From: Ktedonobacterales bacterium
Lineage (GTDB): Bacteria; Chloroflexota; Ktedonobacteria; Ktedonobacterales; JADMIN01
Assembly: GCA_030167145.1 (NCBI GenBank)
Contig: CP126532.1
Coordinates: forward strand, 2,490,001-2,522,000
Reading direction: 5' to 3'
Length of the DNA stretch: 32,000 nt
Shown: positions 7,935 to 14,585 of the stretch, one piece after another
Layout: each line of letters opens with the position of its first letter
Position numbering within the stretch: the first letter of the stretch is position 1
Position numbers and translations under genes: made by a program
Notes under the pieces: model-generated
Database searches by the model: none
What the model saw: only the letters and a program-made list of their open reading frames with translations
Told to the model about the DNA's origin: nothing

Positions 7935-10900
7935 ATGGATACCAATGCGCCGCTACGCGACTATCTCGACCATCTGCGCCTCATCAAAGGCAGCGGCCTC
8001 GCCGTGGACGAGCGCAGCTACTACCCCGCGCTGGACCGCCTCTTCAACGGCATCGGCGCGGAGCTTAACCCGCGTGTGGTCGCCATTGATGACATCGCCG
8101 ACACCGGCGCGGGCCATCCTGATTACGCGCTGCAAGTCGAGACCACGCACGATACCCGCGCCGTCGTCGAAGCCAAGCCCACCACCACCGACCTCGACGC
8201 GCTTATAAAGTCGGAGCAGGTGCGGCGCTACCTGGGTTTCTACGGCCTCTGCCTCGTCACCAACCTGCGCCAGTTCGCCCTCGTGCGCCAGAATCCCGAC
8301 GGCCAGCCCCACGAGATCATGCGCTACACCATCGAAGACAGCGACACCCTCTTCTGGCGCACCCCCATCGAAACCCTCGTCCAGCGCCACGGCGCGCGCA
8401 TCAGCGACTTCCTCACCAGCGTCCTCCTGTGGGATGCCCCGCTCACCCGCCCCAAAGACCTCGCCGAAGCCCTAGCCCGCTACGCCCGCGAAGCCCTGCG
8501 CCGCATCGAACACCGCTCCGACGCCAGCCTTATCGCCCTGCGCGCCGCCCTCTCCGAAGCGCTGGGCCTACGCTTCACCGACGAGCAGGGCGAACACTTC
8601 TTCCGCTCGTCGCTCGTCCAGACGCTCTTCTACGGCCTCTTCAGCGCGTGGGTGGTCTGGAGCCGCGCCCACCCCAGCGGCGACCCCGACGGCTTCCGCT
8701 GGCGCGAGGCGGGCGACTACCTGCGCCTGCCGGTGATGCGCGAACTCTTCGAACATACCGCCATTGCCGGGCAGCTCGAAATGCTCGATATCCGCAAGCC
8801 GCTGGAATGGGCCGAGGCCACCCTGCGCCGCACTAGGTGGCAGCAGTTCGCCGCCGCCTTCGATCAGGGCGACGCCGTCAACTATTTCTATGAGCCGTTC
8901 CTCGAAGCCTACGACCCCGACCTGCGCGAGCAGTTGGGCGTCTGGTACACCCCGCGCGAGATCATCACCTATCAGGTGGCGCGGGTGGACCGCCTGCTGC
9001 GCGACGAGTTGGGCATTGCCGATGGGCTGGCCGACGAGCGGGTCGTCGTGCTGGACCCCGCGACTGGCACCGGCGGCTACGTGCTGGAAGTGCTGCGCAC
9101 CATAGACGCCACGCTGCGCGAGTCTGGCGCGGGGGCCACTCGTGCGCTGCGGCTGCGCCAGGCTGCGACCCAGCGCGTCTTCGGCTTCGAGATTCTGCCC
9201 GCGCCCTTCGTCGTCGCGCATCTACAAATCGCCACGCTGCTCGCCGCGCACGAGGCCGCGCTGGAAAAGAGCCAGCGCGCGGGGGTCTATCTCACCAACG
9301 CGCTCACCGGCTGGAAAGAGCAGACGCACCAGCAGGCCACGCTGGCGGGCTGGCCCGCGCTGAAAGGCGAGCTAGAGACCGCCACGCACGTCAAGCACGA
9401 CGCCACGATTCTGGTGATTTTGGGCAATCCGCCGTATTACGGCTTTGCGGGCGTCGCCGAAGACGAGGAGCGCGACCTGATCGCGCCGTATTATGTCGGC
9501 CTCACCGAGCGTTTCGGCATCCAGGCGCGCGGCCTCAATGACCTCTACGTGCGCTTTCTGCGCTTAGCTGAGCGCCAGATTGCCGAGTCCACCGGCCAGG
9601 GTATCGTCTCGTTCATCTCCAATTACAACTGGCTCGATGGCCTCTCACATCCCATTATGCGCGAGCATATGCTCAACGCCTTCGATGGCATCTGGATTGA
9701 CTCGCTGAACGGCGATAAGTTCAGAACCGGCAAGCGCACGCCTTGGGGCACGAGCGACCAGAGCATCTTCACCACCGATACCGATGGGCGCGGCATTCAG
9801 GTCGGCACGGCCATCGCGACGATGGTGCGCCGCAACCAGCATCGCGGACCCGCCGCCGTCCGCTGGCGGCAGTTCTGGGGCAAGGCGGACGAGAAGCGCG
9901 CGGCCTTGCTGGCCAGCCTCCAGCACGAGGACTTCAACGGCGCATATGAAGACATGCAAGCCGTCGAGAGCGCGCGTTTCATCCTCATGCCCGGCGGCAG
10001 CGAGAGCGCGTACCTCACCTGGCCCGCGCTGGATGAGATCTTCGTGCAACAGTTTCCCGGCTTCAAGACTTCGCGTGATGCCGACCTTATCTCAATGGAC
10101 CGCGAGCCGCTCAGCCAGCGGATGAGAACCTACTATGACCCAAATGTGAGCGATAGGGAGCTTGCCGAAGTCGCGCCCGTTCTCATGGAGGATGCGAGCC
10201 GGTACGAGGCGAAGGCGACGCGGCAGGAACTATTGAAAACCAGCCGTTACCGCGATGAGCGTATTGTGCGGGTAGCCTATCGCCCATTCGATGACCGCTG
10301 GCTCTATTGGGAAGGCACGACAAAGCTTCTGGACGAGAAGCGGGTAGAGTTCTTTGAGCAGGTCTTCCCCGGCAACCTCTATCTTGCCGCATCCACCAAG
10401 AGCCGCCGGGGCGTTAACTTGCCCACCGTCACCGACAAATTCAGTTCCCTTCATCTGCAAGACCCGTATTCGCTGTACTTCCCACTCTACACCCAGCAGA
10501 ATGGGCAGCCGCCACGACATCTTTTTGAGGCGGAGATGCCCACGCCCCAGGGGCCACAGCCAAATATCGCGCCCGCCGTCCTCGATGCGATGCTGGCGGC
10601 GTATAGGTTCGGGGCAGGCGAACGCGCGGCGCTGGCGGAATCGCTGTTTTATCACATCCTCGCCGTGTCGCGCGCCCCGCAGTATGAAGCCGAGAACGCG
10701 GGCTACCTGATGCAAGACTGGCCGCGCATCCCCATCCCCGCCACGCGCGAGCGGCTGGAGGCCAGCGCGGCGCTGGGGCGGCGGGTCGCCGATCTGCTGC
10801 GCCCGGACGTGCCGTTCACTCCCGCGCCAGAGCTGCGCGCCATCGGCGTGCCCATGCGCATAGATGGCGGCCAGCTCACCGACGCCGACCTGACCGTCAC

Positions 10901-11249
10901 CGTGCGCTACGGCGGCGTGGGGCGCTACGAGCCGCCTATCGCCGAGGGTCCGGGCGCGCGACCGGCGCGGCTGTGGTGGAACGACACCGCCTTCTGGCAG
11001 GGCATCCCGCCGGAGGTCTGGGCCTTCACCATCGGCGGCTACCCGGTCATCAAGAAGTGGCTCGACTACCGCCATCGCGACAAGCTCAAGCGTCCGCTGC
11101 GGCTGGACGAGGTGATGTACGTCGCGGAGATGGCGCAGCGCATCGCGGCGCTGCTGGCGCTCGGCCCCGCGCTGGACGAGAACTACACGGCGGTGAAGGC
11201 GGCGACGCTGGGCGTGACGGTGGCGGGCGGGGTGGGAGCGCGAACGTAG
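7935..11249 (+). CDS. Single-chain Type IIG/IIL-like restriction-modification enzyme: MmeI-like N-terminal PD-(D/E)xK nuclease + gamma-class N6-adenine DNA methyltransferase + type-ISP-like C-terminal specificity domain
   Basis: The ATG at 7935 is preceded by AAGGA. The N-terminus HPDYALQVETTHDTRAVVEAKP...LVTNLRQFALV parallels the MmeI D..E-x-K nuclease layout (D codon 8121-8123, EAK 8169-8177). It has WYTPREI, SAM motif I VVVLDPATGTGGYVLEV (about 9043-9090) and catalytic motif IV GNPPYYG (9423-9443). The C-terminus VWAFTIGGYPVIKKWLDYRHRDKLKRPLRLDEV resembles the type ISP / Eco57I-family C-terminal domain. Confidence 0.8.
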   Translation: MDTNAPLRDYLDHLRLIKGSGLAVDERSYYPALDRLFNGIGAELNPRVVAIDDIADTGAGHPDYALQVETTHDTRAVVEAKPTTTDLDALIKSEQVRRYLGFYGLCLVTNLRQFALVRQNPDGQPHEIMRYTIEDSDTLFWRTPIETLVQRHGARISDFLTSVLLWDAPLTRPKDLAEALARYAREALRRIEHRSDASLIALRAALSEALGLRFTDEQGEHFFRSSLVQTLFYGLFSAWVVWSRAHPSGDPDGFRWREAGDYLRLPVMRELFEHTAIAGQLEMLDIRKPLEWAEATLRRTRWQQFAAAFDQGDAVNYFYEPFLEAYDPDLREQLGVWYTPREIITYQVARVDRLLRDELGIADGLADERVVVLDPATGTGGYVLEVLRTIDATLRESGAGATRALRLRQAATQRVFGFEILPAPFVVAHLQIATLLAAHEAALEKSQRAGVYLTNALTGWKEQTHQQATLAGWPALKGELETATHVKHDATILVILGNPPYYGFAGVAEDEERDLIAPYYVGLTERFGIQARGLNDLYVRFLRLAERQIAESTGQGIVSFISNYNWLDGLSHPIMREHMLNAFDGIWIDSLNGDKFRTGKRTPWGTSDQSIFTTDTDGRGIQVGTAIATMVRRNQHRGPAAVRWRQFWGKADEKRAALLASLQHEDFNGAYEDMQAVESARFILMPGGSESAYLTWPALDEIFVQQFPGFKTSRDADLISMDREPLSQRMRTYYDPNVSDRELAEVAPVLMEDASRYEAKATRQELLKTSRYRDERIVRVAYRPFDDRWLYWEGTTKLLDEKRVEFFEQVFPGNLYLAASTKSRRGVNLPTVTDKFSSLHLQDPYSLYFPLYTQQNGQPPRHLFEAEMPTPQGPQPNIAPAVLDAMLAAYRFGAGERAALAESLFYHILAVSRAPQYEAENAGYLMQDWPRIPIPATRERLEASAALGRRVADLLRPDVPFTPAPELRAIGVPMRIDGGQLTDADLTVTVRYGGVGRYEPPIAEGPGARPARLWWNDTAFWQGIPPEVWAFTIGGYPVIKKWLDYRHRDKLKRPLRLDEVMYVAEMAQRIAALLALGPALDENYTAVKAATLGVTVAGGVGART

Positions 11250-11292
11250 GCAGGGTGGCGAGATGCGAGTGGGTGGTATAGCGAGGAGACGG

Positions 11293-11412
11293 CATGAATG
11301 CCACGGCTAACCTCATAGCGAGGAGTCAGCGGAGGGCGACGGTAGAGGCGTGCGAGCGAGATTACCCCCGGCATTCATGCTGGGAAGTGGCTATTATGGG
11401 GATGCTGCCCCA
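11293..11412. mobile_element. MITE-like element, copy B (inverted relative to copy A) plus a shared outer extension
   Basis: The left end is GCATGAATGCCACGGCTAACC (11293-). The right end is GATTACCCCCGGCATTCATGCTGGGAA (to about 11390). The next about 22 nt (GTGGCTATTATGGGGATGCTG, to 11412) are the reverse complement of 6010-6029, next to copy A. Over about 55 nt the two ends match at about 50 positions in inverted orientation. Confidence 0.5.
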
Positions 11413-11576
11413 TGCCAGCCAGTCATGCCCGTTACGCCCCCTATCGGTTGCCGCTTGCCATGTGATATACTGCCACCTTCATTTGGCGTGCGCGCTGGCC
11501 CGGCGAACACCCGATGCGCCACATGGTGGGCAGCGCAGGCAACAAGGCAGGCAGAGACAGGAAACGAGGATCACGC

Positions 11577-12311
11577 ATGGCGCGACTGAATCAAATCATC
11601 GCCGTCGAGAAGGGCATCAAAAGCCAGTCATTTCAGGAATTGACCGAGGCGCACCAGGCGCTGCAAAAGCCCGCGCTGCTCTCTGGCATCGCGCGCACCT
11701 ATCGCCCCAAGGACGAAGAGGGCGAGCAGTTGCCACCGGAGTCCACCAAGGTGCAGATCAAAGCCGAGGACGTGATTCGCCAGACGACAGAATCGCTGAC
11801 CCGCCTCTTCGACATCACCGCCACCAAAGACTGGACCAACTGCAACGCCAAGGCCGATGTGGTGGTGGATGGGCGCACGCTGCTGGCGCAGGTGCCCGCG
11901 ACGTATCTGCTCTTCCTGGAAAAGCAGTTGGTAGACCTGCACACCTTCGTCAAAAAGCTGCCGGTGCTGGACGCCGCCGAGACATGGAGCTTCGACGGCT
12001 CGGCGGACTGCTGGGCGACGGAGCCGGTGCAGACGCTGCGCACCAAGAAGGTGCCGCGCAACCACGTCAAGGCCGAAGCGACCGACAAGCATCCCGCGCA
12101 GGTCGAGGTCTACTACGAAGATGTGACCGTCGGCTACTGGCGCACGGTGAAGTTCTCTGGCGCGCTGCCCGCACGGCGCATCAACGAACTGTTGGCGCGG
12201 GTCGAGCGGCTGCAAGAGGCGGTGAAGTTCGCCCGCGAAGAAGCGAACAACATCGAAGCCGCAGAGCAGAAGGTCGGCGAGCCGTTCTTCGCCTACCTCT
12301 TCGGCGAGTAG
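11577..12311 (+). CDS. Conserved hypothetical protein (244 aa), family not identified
   Basis: The ATG at 11577 is preceded by ACGAGGA. Composition is clean and non-repetitive, with high GC3: MARLNQIIAVEKGIKSQSFQELTEAHQALQKPALLSGIARTYRPKDEEGEQLPPESTKVQIKAEDV...VEVYYEDVTVGYWRTVKFSGALPARRINELLARVERLQEAVKFAREEAN. I recognise it only as resembling widespread uncharacterised proteins. I can see no catalytic motif. Confidence 0.75.
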   Translation: MARLNQIIAVEKGIKSQSFQELTEAHQALQKPALLSGIARTYRPKDEEGEQLPPESTKVQIKAEDVIRQTTESLTRLFDITATKDWTNCNAKADVVVDGRTLLAQVPATYLLFLEKQLVDLHTFVKKLPVLDAAETWSFDGSADCWATEPVQTLRTKKVPRNHVKAEATDKHPAQVEVYYEDVTVGYWRTVKFSGALPARRINELLARVERLQEAVKFAREEANNIEAAEQKVGEPFFAYLFGE

Positions 12312-12445
12312 GGGCGTCCGGTGGACGCCCGCGGCCACTGCGAGGCGTCGCGGCCATCAATGGCCGACGCACAGCGCGTGCGGGCGGTTAAACCGCGCGA
12401 CGGGCGGCCCAATGGAGGGCGAATTGGGTGATGGGGTGAAATCGT

Positions 12446-12615
12446 AGCATGAATGCCACGGGTAATCCCGTAGCGAGGGGGCAGCGGATAGCGAGCGAGA
12501 GTGGTGGGGGGGAGCAGGCAGCCTAAAGGCCGCGGCTAATCACCTACGGAGGAGACAGCCGGTGAGCAATACGAGAATTGTGCAACCAAGATTAACCCCG
12601 GCATTCATGCTGGGA
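12446..12615. mobile_element. MITE-like element, copy C (same orientation as copy B)
   Basis: The left end is CGTAGCATGAATGCCACGGGTAATC (12446-). The right end is GATTAACCCCGGCATTCATGCTGGGAA (to about 12615). The interior is partly alignable to the reverse complement of copy A (GCCGGTGAGCAATACGAG vs GCCGGTGAAGAACAAG). Confidence 0.5.
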
Positions 12616-12724
12616 ACGCGCTCTACGCGCATCTCGCCACGCGCGGGCATCGTTCGCGTGCGATCCCTTCGGCATTCAGGCCGCGTCGGTGTGCGCCGGT
12701 CCTTCAGGGCCGAGAGGGCGTCTC

Positions 12725-12753
12725 TTGCGGATTGGCGCGCGGTGGCGTAGACT
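12725..12753 (+). promoter_or_regulatory. Candidate sigma-70-type promoter for the tRNA-like RNA unit
   Basis: TTGCGG (12725-12730), a 17-nt spacer, then TAGACT (12748-12753). The predicted start is near 12760. This is a motif match only. Confidence 0.3.
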
Positions 12754-12794
12754 GAGAGGCGGAGTGCCAGATTCAGATTGAAGCTCTTCGTCAT

Positions 12795-12890
12795 GGCGCA
12801 GAGATAGCGCAATCAGTGGAGGTTCGAGTCCTCCCCCCACCATCCAGGCATCGCTCGCGGTGGGGTAGCCCAAGTGGCAGAGGCAGCGCC
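12795..12890 (+). ncRNA. Permuted tRNA-like module A (class II, tRNA-Tyr-like arms; 3' half precedes 5' half; no anticodon loop)
   Basis: Read 5'->3':
- GGCGC (12795-99)
- 18-nt variable arm
- T arm GGAGG/TTCGAGT/CCTCC (12818-34)
- acceptor 3' strand CCCCACC (12835-41), then A
- 16-nt linker
- acceptor 5' strand GGTGGGG (12859-65, 7/7 WC)
- TA
- D arm GCC/CAAGTGGCAGA/GGC, then A
- GCGCC (12886-90), a perfect complement of 12795-99. Confidence 0.5.
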
Positions 12891-12972
12891 GAGCGCCCCA
12901 CCAGCATCAGACTATCACTCCAGGCTGAGCATTCGCCGCCGAACGCCGCATCGAGCGCCGGAGGTCAATCGT

Positions 12973-13046
12973 CGCCGAGGTTGCGGGTTCAGATCCCGCT
13001 CGGCCCCCCAAGCATGGGCCGGTAGCTCAATTGGTAGAGCGCGGCG
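12973..13046 (+). ncRNA. Permuted tRNA-like module B (class I geometry; encoded CCA; no anticodon loop)
   Basis: Read 5'->3':
- CGCCG (12973-77)
- AGGTT
- T arm GCGGG/TTCAGAT/CCCGC (12983-99)
- TCGGCCC (13000-06), then C, then CCA (13008-10)
- AGCAT linker
- GGGCCGG (13016-22; 6 WC + 1 G-T)
- TA
- D arm GCTC/AATTGGTA/GAGC (13025-40), then G
- CGGCG (13042-46), a perfect complement of 12973-77

Conserved tertiary positions U8, A14, G18G19, A21 and T54T55C56 are present. Position 58 is G rather than A. Confidence 0.55.
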
Positions 13047-13105
13047 ATATAACCGTGAACCCAGGCTTAAACGTGGCGGTGTGCCCAATGGGCGGCACAG
13101 CGGGG

Positions 13106-13150
13106 TCCAGGGGAGGGCATTTCCCCTGGACTCCATTCTCTTCCTTTCCC
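13106..13150 (+). terminator. Hairpin terminator candidate closing the tRNA-like RNA unit
   Basis: TCCAGGGGA (13106-14), a 7-nt loop, then TCCCCTGGA (13122-30) form a 9-bp perfect stem. The pyrimidine/T-rich tract CTCCATTCTCTTCCTTTCCC follows on the + strand. The site lies between the RNA unit and the convergent lipoprotein gene. Confidence 0.5.
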
Positions 13151-13172
13151 TTCGCAGCGCTGGGGCCGTGGC

Positions 13173-13859
13173 CTAGATGCGCCAGATGGTGAAGCTGGTG
13201 ATGACCACCTGCACACCCGCGTCGGCGATGAAGGGATGGGCGGGCGCGAGCGGATAGGGCGCGGTGAGGCCGCCAATCGCGGTCGCGCCGGGGCTATAGA
13301 CCACGTTAGACCCATGCACGGTGATGGTGTAGGTCTTGGGGTTGGTGTTCATGACGTTCTCGCGGGCAATCGCGCCGCTGGGATAGTCGCCGGTGGTGAC
13401 CAGATCTGAGTCCGAATGGAAGGGCGGGTCGCGGAAGATGCAGGTGGCGTCGCCAAGGTAGAGCTGCTTGCCGGTCGCGTCTTGCGCGCCGATGCCGAAG
13501 TAGGTGCCACAGCCACCCGTCCCCGGAACCGCAATCGCCTGCGCCCGCAGTTCGATGGCGTAGTTCGGAGCCGTGATGGTGTAGGGCACGGGCAGCGGCG
13601 CTGATCCCAGGCCATCATTCGTCAGCTTGCCCCCGGAGATGCGCCAGTGCGGCGGCAGCTTCCACGCCCCCGCGCCCGACGACCAATCGGCCTTGTAGAG
13701 CACGGTCGGGATAGCGGTGGCGGTGGGTGGCGTGGTCGGTGTGGGGATGGGGGGCGCGGTGGGGCTGACGCTGGCAGACTGCCCGCCAGCGCAGCCAGCC
13801 AGCAGCATGAGCAGCGCCAGGATGACGCCGGAAAGCCAACGTCCATGCCGCGTTCGCAT
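13173..13859 (-). CDS. Secreted lipoprotein, unknown function (possible lectin/LamG-like beta-sandwich)
   Basis: The ATG at 13859 sits 6 nt after GAGGAG. The signal peptide has a lipobox (MRTRHGRWLSGVILALLMLLAGCAGG). A Pro/Thr linker follows, then ..YKADWSSGAGAWKLPPHWRISGGKLTNDG.. The fold guess is weak. Confidence 0.65.
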   Translation of the reverse strand: MRTRHGRWLSGVILALLMLLAGCAGGQSASVSPTAPPIPTPTTPPTATAIPTVLYKADWSSGAGAWKLPPHWRISGGKLTNDGLGSAPLPVPYTITAPNYAIELRAQAIAVPGTGGCGTYFGIGAQDATGKQLYLGDATCIFRDPPFHSDSDLVTTGDYPSGAIARENVMNTNPKTYTITVHGSNVVYSPGATAIGGLTAPYPLAPAHPFIADAGVQVVITSFTIWRI

Positions 13860-14245
13860 GCGGAACTCCTCTATAAAAAATGACACCGTGGGATGGGCGC
13901 CGGATTGGGACGCAGGGCAGTCGAAGCGCCCCGCTCATATGGTTAGACGCCGTGGGCAGGCGCGTTTCAACAGGCAAATTGGCGTAGCGCTGCTCACGAG
14001 CGATCTCCCTCTCGGAGAAAGCCCCCGGCAAATACCGGCGTTTCAATCAACAGATCCGGAGCCTTGGTTATTGTCTCAGGCGCCATGGTCGCACATACTT
14101 GCGTAGAGGCGCTGATAACAGACCTGTGGCCGAGGGTTTGCGCCGACGAGGCACGACGTTGGGCCGGTCAATCTGGATAGGGGGACTTGTACCGTGACAA
14201 TTCCGCTCGTCAATTGTACGCATGGCCGTGAAGATGAGGTGTTTC

Positions 14246-14509
14246 ATGACTAATTTCGCAGAAGCCTTCAACCGATCAGGTTTCTCGCGCTTCATCAACA
14301 GCCCCTTTGGGCGCATCTTTCGCATAGTCGCAGGCATAGGATTCATCATCGTCGGCCTGATCTTCAGGGATCACCTGCTCGGTGTTCTGTCATTGGTGTG
14401 GGGCATATTCCCATTGAGCGCCGGAGCGCTTGACATTTGTTATATCAGTGCTGTGCTGGGTGGTCCGGTGTCTGGTAAGACGATTCGCAGTACGTACCAA
14501 CCGGGCTAA
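14246..14509 (+). CDS. Small membrane protein, DUF2892 / YgaP-like transmembrane domain
   Basis: MTNFAEAFNRSGFSRFINSPFGRIFRIVAGIGFIIVGLIFRDHLLGVLSLVWGIFPLSAGALDICYISAVLGG matches the two-helix DUF2892 pattern. The local sequence is visibly AT-richer than the neighbouring regions. Confidence 0.65.
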   Translation: MTNFAEAFNRSGFSRFINSPFGRIFRIVAGIGFIIVGLIFRDHLLGVLSLVWGIFPLSAGALDICYISAVLGGPVSGKTIRSTYQPG

Positions 14510-14585
14510 TACCACACTGCCCGGCATCATTGGAGTATCCGCCTTTCTACAGGCGGATCGGAGTGGCGCTACTCATCGGGGCGCA

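Noticed and set aside
8568-11075. Minus-strand ORFs 8568..9221, 9645..10049 and 10230..11075 inside the methyltransferase gene
   Set aside because: They are antisense shadows with no motifs. The + frame carries the contiguous nuclease, SAM-binding and NPPY motifs.
7935-11249. BREX methyltransferase PglX or a full type ISP enzyme
   Set aside because: There are no brxA/B/C, pglZ or brxL neighbours, and no helicase/translocase domain in the protein. The N-terminal D..EAK layout fits an MmeI-like single-chain enzyme better.
11294-12391. ORF 11294..12391 (+, 365 aa) and ORF 11628..12338 (-, 236 aa)
   Set aside because: They are Arg/Gly/Ala-rich alternative frames of the 11577..12311 gene, which has clean composition and an SD. 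The 5' part of the 365-aa ORF crosses a MITE-like element.
12741-13046. Ordinary tRNA genes (T arms GGAGGTTCGAGTCCTCC and GCGGGTTCAGATCCCGC, D arm GCTCAATTGGTAGAGC, Tyr-like acceptor)
   Set aside because: No linear 5'-to-3' cloverleaf can be built. The sequence after each D arm lacks a complementary anticodon stem-loop in the forward direction (for example CGGCG-ATATAAC-CGTGA). The acceptor strands that do pair lie in 3'-then-5' order. The 103-nt stretch 12741-12843 has an acceptor mismatch and no D or anticodon arm. I therefore call these tRNA-like ncRNA modules, not tRNA.
12741-13150. tmRNA (ssrA), including the two-piece permuted form
   Set aside because: There is no G3:U70 alanine identity pair and no GGGG...TTCGAC 5' motif. 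I found no tag-peptide reading frame ending in ..A-A-stop. Full D stems are present, which tmRNA lacks. Only the permuted gene order is reminiscent.
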